A stretch of 64,000 bases of DNA from NCBI RefSeq assembly GCF_009914755.1, contig NC_060942.1; one strand, written 5' to 3'. The stretch is from the human T2T-CHM13v2.0 reference genome, Homo sapiens. The notes beneath the pieces were generated by a model. The model was not told the DNA's origin and ran no database searches. It saw only the letters and a list, made by a program, of their open reading frames with translations. A program made the translations under genes and the position numbers. Below, piece by piece: positions 14,030-29,599 of the stretch; position 1 is the first letter of the stretch; the number at the start of each line of letters is the position of its first letter.

Positions 14030-14560
14030 CCTCCTCCAAGTAAACACAAATGTGTATCTGGTTATGAAAGAATTGTCCGGGAGAGTTCTCAGGCTCTGGT
14101 GTTAAGAAGCCTGCTGATCTGTCACTCACCACCATCTCCCCAGCCCCAAAGGTTCAGACAGGAAGTCAAAGGACACATGAGTAGAAATGATACAGGGATT
14201 TTTTTTGTTTTTGTTTTTTTAAGAGTGAGATATTGAAAGCTGGCTCCCATTCCATGGCTGTGGGCCTCCTTTAAATATAAACAGCAGCAAGAGCTGAGAA
14301 TGACTGCCATATTTGAATGCCAAATAAACACAAAATGATGAGCACAGATTTTTGGCTTTATATTAAAGTTGGTTTTTTCAATAACCCCTTTTGTTGCCTC
14401 TAAAGACAATGGTCTCCGTGTTTCTGAGCCAGATTCCTGGGACTCTGAGCAGATCCTCCCTTGCCGCACCCCAGCGGAGTTCACTCCACAAGCAGGACTA
14501 GTGTTCCTTTTGGGTTGAAAGCAAGCCATCTTTCCCCTCCTGGCCCACTGCTGTAGAAGC
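14030..14560. promoter_or_regulatory. Candidate enhancer/alternative promoter
   Basis: Non-repeat DNA with forkhead motifs (14040, 14277, 14324), ETS ACAGGAAGT (14158), TEAD-like CATTCC (14248), SOX ACAATGG (14406), TATAAA (14276). Confidence 0.3.
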
Positions 14561-15159
14561 ATTTGCTTATTGAAAATAAAGAGCAGTGGTATATGACACT
14601 TGGAATCTGCAGACCAAGCCCCAGGGTAGTTTGATGAGGGATGTGTTCAGTGGTTTCTGCTTGGTTGGGAAACGGTAGTTTCATCATGAGATCTGCAATG
14701 GACTCATGTGGATGGAGTTGAGGATTTATCCACTTCATTAATTCATTGTAGGTTTAATTTTTTTAATGAGTGTTTATCATTTTTGGTTTATGTCATGTAA
14801 GGTAGCAATAATCAACTTCACTAGATAGAACTACCTGGCTTTTTACTCTCCTTCCAGTCTGGCAGTTAAAACAAACCAAAAATTCTCTTAAATGGTTAAG
14901 TATCTCAGGTATTTACATAGGTAAGTGTCTCAGTGCAGATATGTGAGCCAATCAAATACGAAGAGGTCTGGTTATGCATATCCCCTTATCCCCAGGCACC
15001 GCCTTTTTTAAAGCACTACATCAGGATTTCAAAGTTCTATTGCAAAAGCACTTAAATCCTGTGTGAGGGTACTCGTTTCTTACACTTTCCTTGTAACTCA
15101 CAAAGGGTTCCCCTCTGCTGATTTTTAACCTCACAGATGAGAATGGAATTCAAAATTGT

Positions 15160-15730
15160 ATACTAATATTTTAATTATTACTTATATAACATAACCAATT
15201 ACCAATTAATATTTAATAATTATATATTAAATTTTTAATAATTATATATTTAATAATTCTTTAATAATTATATATTTAATATATAATACATATTTTATAA
15301 TATATTATATATTTTATAATACATATTATATATTTTATAATACATATTATATATTTTATATTATATATTTTATAATACATATTATATATTTTATAATATA
15401 TATTATATATTTTATAATGCATATTACATATTTTATAATACATATATATTTTATAATACATATTATATATTTTATAATATATATTATATATTTTATAATA
15501 CATATTATATATTTTATAATATATATTATATATTTTATAATACATATTATATATTTTATAATACATATTATATGTAATATATAAAAAATATATATAATTA
15601 TATGTAATAGTTATAATAATTATATATAATTATAAATTTAATTATTTAAATAATTTAATTAATTTATGTAAATTTAAATAAATTTAATATTTAATAACAT
15701 GTTTAATTATCAGATTATGTAATACATGTA
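15160..15730. repeat. AT-rich region with 21-bp minisatellite (core ~15290-15570)
   Basis: Unit (c/t)atattatatattttataata, about 13 copies; gives the MYYKIYN repeat ORF. Confidence 0.95.
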
Positions 15731-15889
15731 ATACATTGTTAAGGGAAATTATTTAAACATAAACACAGTTAACGTTCATTTACCAGGTTTCTATTGTCTT
15801 CAAATTTGTAACAATAATAACCTAATGGGCTCAATGCCCACCCAGTGGCACCTTCACATTTTGTCTGTGTGAAAAAAGTGATAGTTGTA

Positions 15890-16100
15890 ATACCTGATAA
15901 TTCTTACCATTTCTATAGGTCTTTCCAGTTTACAACACACCTTAATAACCATTATTAGGGTTTGTCTTCAAAATCATCCTTATGAGAGGATTATTATCAT
16001 GTCCATTTTATACAAGAAAAGACTGAGTCTTAGAAAAATTAGGTGATTTACTGACAGTCATGCAAATAACATGGCAAACCAGAATTCAAATCCAGGTCTC
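15890..16100 (-). mobile_element. MIR
   Basis: attattatcatgtccattttatacaagaaaagactgag...gaattcaaatccaggtct. Confidence 0.75.
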
Positions 16101-16275
16101 CTTATTATGAATTTAGTTTTCATTTGGGTAGAGCATGCTACACGAATGCCTGGAAATATAAGTGATACAAAGTTTGTAAACCACCTGGTGGAGTTGCACA
16201 TAGCATTGTTCTTATCGATGATGTTTAAAAAATACAGAATACATTTATTATTCTTCAAGTATAAACAGCCGTTTT

Positions 16276-16966
16276 GTCAAAAAATAACAGATACTGGCAA
16301 GGTTGTGGAGAAACAGGAATGCTTTTACACTGTATTTGAGAGTGTAAATTAGTTCAACCATTGTGGAAGACAGTATGACAATTCCTCAAACACTTAAAGA
16401 CAGAAATGTCATTCAACCCAGCAATCCCATTACTGGGTATATACCCAAAGGAATATAAATCATTCTATTGTAAATACACATGCACACGTATGTTCATTGC
16501 AGCACGATTTACAATAGCAAAGACACGGAATCAACCTAAACGCCCATCAATGATAGTCTGGATAAAGAAATTGTGGTATATATACACCATGGACTAATAT
16601 GCAACCATATAAAAGAATAAGATCATGTCAATTGCAGGGACACGGATAGGGCTGGAGGCCATTATCCTCAGCAAACTAATGCAGGAACAGAAAACCAAAT
16701 ACTGCATGTTTTCAATTATACAGTGAGAGCTAAATGATGAGAACACATGGACACACAGAGGGGAACAACAGACACTGGGGCCTACTGGAGGGCAGAGGGC
16801 GCGAGTAGGGAGAGGATGAGGAAGAATAACTAATGGATACTAGGCTTAATACCTGAGTGATGACATAATCTGTACAACAAACACCCATGAAACACGTTTA
16901 CCTATGTAACACACCTGCACATCCTGCACATGTCCCCCAGAAGTTAAAATGAAAGTTAAAAAAAAA
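16276..16966 (+). mobile_element. 5'-truncated L1 (L1PA12/13-like)
   Basis: ORF2 end ([18 protein letters not shown]) and 3'UTR; TSD aaacagccgttttgt/aaatagccattttgt. Confidence 0.92.
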
Positions 16967-18239
16967 TAGCCATTTTGTACCAAATGATAGTTCCTCAGCC
17001 ATTCACAGTATAATAGTTGGGTCACTGTGAGAATTATCTGAAGAGGTCATTCCCAACAGACTTTCTATTTATTTTTATTTATTCATTCATTTGTTCATTT
17101 ACTCACCTTTTTTTTTTTTTTTTTTTTTTACTTATTTGCTTGTTTATTCATTTACTTATTTATATTAGGAATTTTTATCTCTCATACTTTTACTGTCAGC
17201 CCTGGTATCAGCCCTGATAAACTAGATTCTAACAATTAAAGCATAAAAAATAGTAATGCAGCCCACTTGAGAAGTATATTGAGAAGAATAACTAGAAAAA
17301 ATTAATAAACACTTAGCAATCACTGAGCAGTTTTACAAACACCCATAGTGGGTTTCAATGGAATATTTGTCCTTTTCATATCAATCTATTTCCAACTCAA
17401 ATTTCACTCTAAAGAACACATTATCATTCTATCATTTCTTTCAGCATTTGTGGTAGAACCATAATTCATCTCAAAAATGCAAATAATTATTTGTGGCCAA
17501 ATAACATTAAATTTCAAAACCAGCATTTGGCATGACTAAAACTGAGTTCACTACATCCTCAAATGAAAGATTTTGTTATGGAGATCATTTACTATCCAAA
17601 GTTTTAAATATCCATGCATGAAATTCATAAAGAGAAAGCAAAAAAACAGAAGGTGATGTTCCTAAAAGGCATACATTCTCTGCCTATGTGCTCTCTACTT
17701 GTGACAGGAAAGCCCAAACTAAACTCCAGATCTGGTGGAATTAAAATGAAGCTGAGTTTCTACATAAACTCAATGAACTATGGACCAAAAGCTTCATCAA
17801 CAGCCAAGTTCTTCTTCTGTGTATGCTTAAAAAGTACTCTATGTAATTTTGTTACCCTAGACAATATTTTCTGAACAAAGAAAACAGCAACACCTAACCC
17901 ACATCCATGAGCTAGGATTCTTCAGATTCACTTGTGTTCAAAGACCTGAGCAGGGGCAAGTGATCACATGTAGATAAACTTCACATTGGATAAAACTCCA
18001 ATTTTCAAAACAAACTGTTAGGAGAGGATGATAGGATTTTTGCTAGACTTCTTATCATTGGTGATGCAGGCTGAATATATCTTTGGGCCTAAAAATCTTT
18101 AATAAGCCAATAAAATTTTCCTTAGGCATGGCCTATAATTAACAAAGCAAGGTAACAACTCAGAATTCAAGCAATGACATCAATATTCTGAAGAAGGAAA
18201 GAACTGAGACCATCATTTTTTTATTAGAAAAATAAAAAA

Positions 18240-18340
18240 AATGTTTATTTTTATGTTATTAGTGTTTATTTTTATGTTATTTTATTTTATGTTATTTTTA
18301 TTTTATTTTATGTTATTAGTGTTTATTTTTATGTTATTAG
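18240..18340. repeat. Low-complexity (TTTTA/TGTTA) tandem repeat
   Basis: Repeated gtttatttttatgttatt units. Confidence 0.85.
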
Positions 18341-19592
18341 GGTTTCTTAAATACTTTCTTTCAGAATCAGCCTAATTTCTGTTTGCTTCTGGGACTATGA
18401 GCATTGTCCTTACCAAAGAAAATATGAAACTGTAAGGAAAGAATAAAGGATAATTTTGCGAACAACATTCACTTAGGAGATGATAAAAGTATCACTTAAA
18501 TATCATTTTGAGGTGAAAAACTGTCCTAGAAAGTTAATGTGTGTGTCTTCCAAAATTGTTCTTACAGACCAATATATAAATCTAGGCTGTTGATGATGTT
18601 TGTATTAATAATGATGACTCAAAAATAAAATAAAATCAGAGCCCTATACAACCAACATCTTTTTTTTTCACAATAACATAAGTCCTAATACAATTGTATT
18701 AAACTTGACTGTGAATAGTTTCAAAATCTAAGGGAGGGAAAAGTGGTCAGATAGGAATGCAAACTTCCCAATATTTCCTACCGGGCACTTGCATTTAATT
18801 CTTCTGCCTTCAGCAGCTTTCTATTACCTCTCTCTCTCTCTTTTTTTTTTTTTTTTTCTCAGAAAACCTCTTCAGAAATCCCTATATCACCCTCCCTCCC
18901 CAGCTCCCTTTTGGCCTTTCAGTCTAACCTGTCAGTACTACGGCCTTTGAAGTTGGCGTCTGCCTATGCTCTGAGCTGCTCTATCAAGTACTATCGGTTA
19001 ATGAATTTTTAGGGCAAAGAACTAGGAGAATCTGATAGCGGTCTTGTGGTTTTTTTTCTCTTTAGTTAAATAAAACTAAAGAAAACTTTCTCTTCTGGAA
19101 GCCACATAGGGACAGGAGAGTTAAATTGATTAAGACTATGATCTTTTAATTGCATTTCCTTCCCCAGATAACACCTTCAGCAAAGCAGTAATTCTGATGT
19201 CAAAATCTCTTGTGCTACCAGACCTAGTGCTCTGTAGTCTCTCTGTCAGGCAGGGTTTTTCCACCCCGGTTTCCTAGGGCTTCTTCAACTGTGGAAAGCA
19301 TTCTTTCGACAAAAATTTGTCTCTCAGTTCATCTACCAGCTGAATCCACACTCCCAAATCCAGTGCTTGACTTTACAGCTACCCAAGCTGATACTACTGC
19401 CCAGAGAAGGAATGCAAAGATGTCAGAGAAAATCCTGGTCAAGTGTGCAGCGGAAACAGTACTTTCTGGCATCTCACCCCAGAACTCTGAAAGTATTTCC
19501 CCATAGGGAAGCACATCTACACACATACATACATACATATAGTAAATGGACAAAGACTAGAAAGGTTTAAAGAGAATTAGGAACCCTAGGGA

Positions 19593-20218
<626 letters not shown>

Positions 20219-21627
20219 GGGAATTTCTTAAAGAAAGTCCTTAAAGGAAATACCATTCCAAAAAAAAGGGGTGGAGGAGGCTAAGTTAACTTGAGTCGTT
20301 AAGCAGGGACAAAAGACTCAATTAAGTCTTGATCCTACTCTGCTTATATTGGTATCTTCCTTCGGAGCACTTGGCTTCACAGAGTTAACTTCAATTCCCA
20401 TCTTTGATCTTTGCCTCATTGTGTCTTCCCAGGTTTTGAGTCCGAACTTTCCTGTACCCTCTCTGACTTGGCCTGACCCTCCAGTCGCAACAAATGCTAT
20501 TGCACTCGTGCTTCCATTTCTAACCTCACAGAGACCCATTCATACCAGGGCCCAGTAGACACTGCCTCAGTCTTCCCTGCCTGTCAGATGTGGTAGGGCA
20601 TACTTGCCCATCACACGGGACTCTTCTGAATGCAAAGGGTAGACTTTGCCTTATACAGCGAAGAGAAGATGGGACTTTTGCACTTAAAGAAACTATAACC
20701 ATAGAGGAGTAAGGAGTTGAGGAGGAACCACCAGCATGTCTCCATGTAGGACTGAATCAGAGCTTTTCTCAAAGTTGCTACAGGGCTGTGCATTTGCTTT
20801 TCTGTCACACTCTGTGCACCCACCCATCTTATATGCAGTAGAGAGCTCCCCAACTCTCCAAATTTACCATGGAGAACCCAATGAGAGATTTTTCTAAAAA
20901 GTCTCCAAATGCATTTCCTGGAGTCAGGTTTAAGGTAGCAACAGGTCCCTGCTGTGTACAAGACAGAGCTGCAAACTGCAGAAATGGACAGAGAGTAGCA
21001 GACAAGGAAAGCATTAAAAAAAAAAAAAAAAAAACTTGTGGAAGTTTTGACATCATTTCCTCCAATGACTGATAACTATTTTAAAAGAAAATATTGGAAA
21101 GAGTACTAACCAAAATAGTACTAACCAAAAACCTGGTAACAGTAAATTGTTGACCATTATCCATAAATGAGATCATCAGTCCCTGGATAATATAATGTAA
21201 TACTTTTGTTAAATTGAATTTTTTTCAGAGAAGACTATACTTTAGCATGATCCTAGCCTTCCTAGAAGGTCTTTTCTTAGAGAAAAACACATGAGTGTAT
21301 TGTTATGTAACGACAACTTTGACCTGAAAGGGTATTTAGGCATTCTCCCAGACAAGCTGTTGATTTCCACATAAAATTGGCAAAAGAGAGAGCCATCTGG
21401 GATAAAATATTATGCACACTGTTGGTGTCTCACTGTTAAGAAGTGCATTTCAGTTTTGTACCACAAAAAAAACTGCTATTATCCTACTAATAGTTGTTAT
21501 TTCTCAATAATCTCTAAAATCAGTTTCACAGATTTATAAGGAATCCAGGACGGATGTATTCATTTTACCTATTTCAAAATCTAAAACATAATTTTTAAAT
21601 GAGCATTTAATGCAACTATCTACTTAC

Positions 21628-21681
21628 CTACTTTCAGAGTTTTCTATAAAAAGTATGCTCAGTTCCAAGATCCCGTGGTAC
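21628..21681 (-). other. Candidate 54-nt exon
   Basis: Acceptor tctctattgcatag|G and consensus donor TAG|gtaagt; one open frame (YHGILELSILFIENSES), not recognised. Confidence 0.3.
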
Positions 21682-21799
21682 CTATGCAATAGAGATCCAT
21701 CAAAACATTTAACAAAGAGATAAGAGATCTGGGTCTTAGCCATCATTCTACTATTCACTAACTATGAGATATTGTGTAAGACATTTAATATTTCCAGAT

Positions 21800-22200
21800 A
21801 TACGAGTTAAGATAACATCAGCTGTGGAACAAATACCAACATTTCATTGGTGATAGAAAATTGTTTCTTGTTCATAGGACAGTTCAATGCAAATACTCCA
21901 AGTCAGCAGCAACTTTCCTCCACACAGTTATTCAGGGATTCAGGCTCATCCAGTTTTAAAAATTTCTCCATCCACTAGAGCTTTAGAGTTATCTGCTTTT
22001 AGCTAATGGAAAAGAAAAGCAAGTGTGGAGAAGTCTCACTTGCCTCTTAGGAGTCTGGCCTACGAGTGACACATTTCACTTTCACTCACATTCCAATGTC
22101 TAGAACTAGCCAAATGGCTATGCTTGATTGTAAGGTTGGAGCCAGGGCCTGAGAAATGTGGTCTAGCCAGGGAGATCATGCATTTTAGGTGAATAGCTAT
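21800..22200. mobile_element. MLT1-type LTR inserted into a MIR (MIR parts ~21720-21800 and ~22225-22340)
   Basis: cacagttattcagggattcaggc, cactttcactcacattcc...gaactag, gagaaatgtggtcta are MLT1-like. Confidence 0.6.
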
Positions 22201-22460
22201 AAATGTTTCTGTCACACCAGACCTGTACTTATTCACCTGTGAAATAATAATATCAATACCTGACCTGCCACCCCAACAGGAACATTGTGAGAAAAACAAG
22301 TAATAAGTATTAATGTGCTTTTTAAATAGTACCAGAGAAACACACCTCCACAAGGTATGTACATCAGAAAGCACATACCATTTAGACTATGACATAATGC
22401 TTTCTTATTACATAACTGTAAGATATATCTTGATTTCAGAAATTTAAAATTTTTAAAAAT

Positions 22461-22755
<295 letters not shown>

Positions 22756-22769
22756 TTTTTTTTTTAAAT

Positions 22770-24200
22770 GGTTCATGGTGACTGCCTAATTTGGAATCTA
22801 CCACTCAACCTCCACCCCGTGAAAAAACATAAAACCAACAAAGAGAGCAAATAAAATCATACATAATCCACTCCTTTAGCAGTATTATGAGAGAGAATAT
22901 CATGACACTCAAATTCTCTGTAAGTAGAGAAAAAAAAACTCCAGCTGAGCTCCTGATGCCTACCTACCACTACAAGCCTGTGGGTGAAAAGAGTGGAGGA
23001 GGCAATCCTTAAGAGACTATGAAAAGATCAAAGAGGCACAGATAACTGAAACATGGTACAAACAAAAGCATCCCCAGAAAGAGAAAGATCCAGCAGTAAA
23101 CACTAATCACAGGGGAGAACTTGGTAATTAACAATACCAGCTAAAGGGAAGGGGTTTGAGGATGATGGCACCAGAAGCAGCAGTCTCTGAGAAGCATTAC
23201 TCAGGGGAAAAATCAGTTGTACAGGAAAGGAGATGTAACCCTTGGAAATATAGCAGTAAAAGAAAAGTAGAATGTGAGAAAAGGAAAAGATATTTACTAA
23301 ATTAAATAAAATAATTAAAGAAACAAAAAAAACAAAGCACACAATTTTTTGTCTTCCTGACACTATCAAACAACACCATCCATAAAAGCAACTCAGAGGG
23401 TAGAAACATCAGAATAGAGAATTGTCAAACTAGGAGCACTGACTACAAAATGAATAGGAATACAAATAGCAGACCACATCCATACAAAAGCTGGAGAACA
23501 ACTCAGAAAATGTGAGTTGAGACATTTTAGTCAACAAAACCCCTCCCCACAAAATCAACCACAAAGCTGAAGAAATTGTCATAAAATACTCCAAACAGAA
23601 TTAAACACTTTTACACAAATATTTGTAAGTATGAAAAAGCCTTGAACTACAAAAACAAAAATCAAGAACGGAAATAGAGGGGAATGGGAAAGAAGAAATA
23701 AAATGAAAGCTGAATTCAAGAAAGAGAGAAAAAGATAAAATTATATCAGAAATCAAAAGGTACCCAAAATTAGATTCAAATGAGAATTAAAAAAAAAAAA
23801 GAGATAAAGAAAGAAGTAAAAATGAACTCTCAATAGTGTAAACACAGAGATCCATACCCTGACATTTTTTGAAAGACAAATGGAAAAGAAAATCTTGAAA
23901 GCAGCAAGATAAAAATGAATCATCCTCTACAAGAGAATCCAACTAGATTAACAGCTGTCTTTTCATCAGAAAAGATAGAGGCTAAAACAGGTGGGATGAA
24001 ATATCCAAAGTGCTAAGAGAATCTGTCAACCAAGAATCTTGCATCTAGCAAAACTGTCTTTCAAAAATGAACAGAAAATAAAGTTGTTCCCAGATAAACA
24101 AAAGCTGAGAGAAGTCATTACTAGAAGATCCACCTTATGGCAGAGAAATAAACTGGCATTGGCCTTGTCAAAAACAACATACAAAACAAGGCAACAACTG
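22770..24200 (+). mobile_element. Old L1 5' region/ORF1 remnant
   Basis: LAKLSFKNEQKIKLFPDKQKLREVITRR (24039 ORF) matches the L1 ORF1p C-terminal domain; 5' boundary uncertain. Confidence 0.7.
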
Positions 24201-24206
24201 ACCCAC

Positions 24207-24604
24207 TGTTTTAGTACATTTTGTGTCACTATAACAGAATATCTGAGACTGGGTAATTTATAAACAGGAGAAGTTTATTTGGCTCACAGTTCTGGAGACT
24301 GGGATGTTCAAGAGGATGGCATCAGCATCTGGTGAGGACGTTCATGCTGCATCATCCCATGGTGGAAGGTGGGAGGGCAAGAGAGGACAAAAGCGAGAGA
24401 GCAAGAGAAGGGCAAACTTGTTTTTATATCAGGCTCACTCTTGAGATAAATAACCCACTCCCATCATAATGACACTAATCTGTTCATGAGGTTAAAGCCC
24501 TCATGACCTAGTCACCTCTTATTAGTCCCCACCTTCCAACACTGTTGCATTGGGGATTAAGTTTCCAACACATGAACTTTCAGGGACATATTCAACACAT
24601 AGTA
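24207..24604 (-). mobile_element. MST solo LTR (MSTC-like)
   Basis: tgttttagt...ctataacagaatatctgagactgggtaatttataa...ggggattaagtttccaacacatgaactt. Confidence 0.88.
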
Positions 24605-25454
24605 ACAACATTTTCAAAAAAAACTAAAAATGTGTAAATTAAGAATATTGTATCCATCCAAACTGTTCTTCAACAATCAATGCTGTAAATAGATGTCTTT
24701 GAGCATGCAAGAACTCAAGAAATTATTTCCTAATGTACTCATGTGCCCTTCTCAAAAAATCTCCTGAAAAATGAACTTGATCCAAATAAGAAATAATGGC
24801 AGATAGTTTGGCAAAGAGCAATACATTGTCTTGTAAGGTAGTAGAGATTTCATTCCCTCAAATGGATTGCAGGAGGGACACAAGAAATAATACAGTCTCT
24901 ATGGAGGGGAGTTTTTCAATATCTAATAAAAGTACATATGCATTTAGCTATTTATCCAGCAACTCCACATCTAGAAATTTACTGTGAAGATAGCTCTCCA
25001 ACATATGGAAATACATGTGTGGAAGAGGCTATTTATTGCAGCATTATCTATCATGGCAAAATATTGGAAGCTATCCAAATGTTGGGCATAAGAGATTGAA
25101 AAAAACTATGATACATACACATATGGAGTATTGCACAGCTATGAAAAAGAAAAAGAACAATATGAACTTATATGGAGAATTTTCAGGAGATATTGTTAAC
25201 TGAAAAAAGCACAGTACAAAACAATACACAGAGTATGTGCCTTTTCTGTAAGAAAGAAAGAGGAAAACAAGAAAGCATGAATTTACCTGCTTATCCTTAC
25301 AAAAGGAGTTCAAGAAAGATTAATTAGAAAGCAATGAAGTTGGTTACCTCCAAGGGGTTGGGAGCAGAGTGAACAGGGTGGAAGGGATGTGAGAGGGAGT
25401 AACGCTTCTCTGAGGATAACTTCCCATTTAATTTTTCTTTCAGAAGGTTGTTAA

Positions 25455-25993
<539 letters not shown>

Positions 25994-26014
25994 TGAACTT
26001 TTAAAATGCGTTTG

Positions 26015-26418
<404 letters not shown>

Positions 26419-28039
26419 CTATAAAAGCAATGAGGATGAACAACCCTGTGCAGTGGATTACAATTGGAGGTATAAATGTCAACACATGCTTTCTAAACTA
26501 GAAATGGAATACGTAGGTGTTTGCATGTATGCATGTATATGTGTAGATTGATGTATATATGTGTGTGTACATGTACATGTATGTATCCATATTTACATGG
26601 GTGTAAGATATGCATATATTTTCTACCTCTGCCTCTGGAGCCATGCCAATAGCAATTTTTATGCCTAGCACCCAGATATTGGTCTCTATGCCCATTCCTC
26701 ACTAACAAATACCAAGGATTCTCAGAAAAACAGCTGATTCTGAGGCTGGGTCAAGGAAAGTACAGGTAAGCATGGAACACCTTGTTTTTCCAGATAGTAA
26801 AAATGTACTTAAAAAAATTTCATGGGAGCATGTCACAAGATTCAGGTTTCAGTTGGAAAAGTCTATCACTGGCCAAATCTGAGACAATTTGATGACTAAA
26901 ACAATTAGGAATAGTAAAAAAGTACAGACTATTAGAAAAACTATGTCCATGAGTCCATACCAGTAACAAATAAAGAAATAGGAGAGAGGAGTATTCTTGC
27001 TTATGGAACTGACCGATAAAATGTGGAAGGAGTGCAGTTTTGGAAAAATCACATTTTGTTATCATCATAGCAAAGACTGATTCAAGTAAATTATCAGTGG
27101 ATGCTAAATCCTGGGGAAATTTTTCATGAGAAACAGGATATTTGCATGGTCTTAGGTAACTCCTCACAGATTGTTTATGTGCTTCAAAATAATATAATAA
27201 TGGGGAGGAGAAATTGGACAAAACCTACACCAGGGGAGCAAAATCGGTGTTGCCAATGATGGGCAGATGGACATGATGTGTCTCTAGATGTGAAACCGTG
27301 AGAAAGACTCAACATCGCTTATGTAGTATTTCAGTCTGGCACATATATCTCCATCTGACCACGTGGAATCATCAGAGGAACCCCAAATGGGGAACATTCT
27401 GTATTCTTCAAAGAAGTCAATGCTATAAAAGACAAAGAGAGGCTGCAGAAATGTTCCAGATTAAAAGAGACTAAAGAGACATGAAAACCAAATGCAGTAT
27501 GTGATCTTATACTATATCCTGTACAGGAGAGGGGAAGAATCTATAAAAGACATTATTGGGTCAACTGACAACACTGGAATGCAGATGTTAGATTTCATTA
27601 ACATATTGTATTACAATTAAAGGTACTGAAGTGGCTAACTGTACTGAGGTTTTGTCATAGAATATTCTTAGTAATAAAAACATGCTGAAGGTTTTAGGGG
27701 TAGAGCGCTATGATAATATAATGCAACTTACTCGAAAATGGCTCAAAAATATTATATGTGTATGTTTTATGTGTGTGATTATTCTTGTGTGTAGGGAGAG
27801 ATAGAGACAGAGGGAGAGGGAAACAGAAGAGAGATAGAGACAGAGGGAGAGAGAAACAGATAGAGGAGGCAAATAATAAAACTGATGAGACTAAACGTTA
27901 ACATTAGGTGAATCTGAACAAAGGGTACATGAGTATCCCACATAGTATTCTTATTATTGCAACTTGTCCATAAATTTGAAATTATTTTCAAATAGAGGAT
28001 AATTTTAAATGTTTGAAAAAATCTTAGAAATTAGATGAA

Positions 28040-28885
28040 TCAAATTATATCACTCCCATTTAAAACCCTTTAACAGCTTTCCAGTGCTCTTAGGATCCAA
28101 TCCAAGCTGCTCTTCCTAACACCTAGAGGATGCATCCCTCGCTACCAGCCCCACCCAATCTTGGCGGATCTCCTCCCACAACCTGCCACACTCATCCTCC
28201 ATCTGTTTGGAACTCTTTCAGGCTTCAAGGGTTTTCAAATCAGGCTTCAAGGATGGGGGAGGGGGAGGTTGTTTTTACCTACCCAGAATCCATTTTCCCT
28301 CTGGTAAAATCCTCCCACCGTGGGTTTCTGCACCCTCAGTGCCAAGCAGGACATGGGGCCTTGGCCATGAGCATGGTGAGGGCATAGCTTAGAATGAAAC
28401 TACTACACAGGGAAGCAGAGCTGCGAGGTGAAGAGCAGGACCAAATCCTGACCACGTCATTTGAATCTTTGACTCTAGCCCTGGTGGGAATGAAATCTGA
28501 CCTTTGACTTTTTGCTGCCGTTCCCTCTGCCTGGAAGGCCTTTGCCCTCTCTCTTCATATGACTAACTCTTTTCATCCCTAGGTCCCAGCTTAAATGAAG
28601 CCCTCCAAATGCTTTCATGAGCGTCCTACCTAAAGGAGGTCCCCTCTCCAAATGTGTTTTTCTTAGCCCCTTGATTTTTTTATTTTTTTTATTTTTTGGC
28701 CTCTTCACACATAACACAATTTGGACCATTTCATTTAGTTTTTATGTTTATTTCTTTTTAAATTGTTCCCCCTATTTGAGTTAAGGCAGGGGTTTATAAG
28801 GTGGTTTCAGGCTGCTTTTGTTCCCCAGGGCCTGGGATGTTACCTGATCACATAGCAGACACTCACTATGAATTAAATAAATGAG
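28040..28885 (+). mobile_element. L2 fragments
   Basis: cactcccatttaaaaccctt...ccagtgctcttagg; ccctctgcctggaaggc; catagcagacactcactatgaatt. Confidence 0.6.
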
Positions 28886-29599
28886 TACATCTTTTTTCCT
28901 CATTACACTAGGTCTTTTAATACTGAAGAATCTACATTGTCCAAGAGAGGAAAAAATATGAATTGGCACATAATATTTAGGCCTAGAAACTATTTTGCTA
29001 AATTATAAGATCACTAAGGAATATGTTTTATTGCATTTTGTTTTCTGCTCATCCCAAATATCTTGCATTGTGTCTTATACATAGCATGTGTACAGTAATG
29101 GGAATTTTTGCCCCCAGTTATTATGCCATTTAAGCCCCTAAGGAGCCAGGCAATACTGAACCAATAACAGTATGAAAAGCTTAGATCTTCTTTTCAGAAC
29201 TTACTGTTCGAATCCAGTGGGGCCAGGTTGACTTTCAGAGAAGGGCATTTTCCAGGCAAGTGGATTAGGGCTTTGTAAATATTTGTTGAATGAATCATAA
29301 GTCACTTTAGCTAAACAAATTCTGGAAAGAGAGGAAGGGAGGGAGGGAAGGAGAGAATCTAAAAGCCTTAGTCATTGAGCCCAGATAAGTCGAACTCATC
29401 TGCAACCCCATAATTAGCTGTGATGATAGCCGTGCTTTCAACATTTCAATTTCCAGGTCTTATGAATCAATTTTCAATAATCTATGAAAAAATTACTTAG
29501 GCCTCTTCTTCCCATTTTCCTTAATCCCCTCATGAGGCTGGCCACAGAGCTGAGTCATGGGTTGGGTAGAAAGGTCAGGTGTTGCAAAGCTGAAACTAT

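Noticed and set aside
14122-14562. 146-aa minus-strand ORF
   Set aside because: Non-ATG start, crosses a low-complexity tract, no recognisable homology
15276-15566. YYKIYN repeat protein or CRISPR-like array
   Set aside because: A tandem 21-bp minisatellite without spacers, in a eukaryotic context
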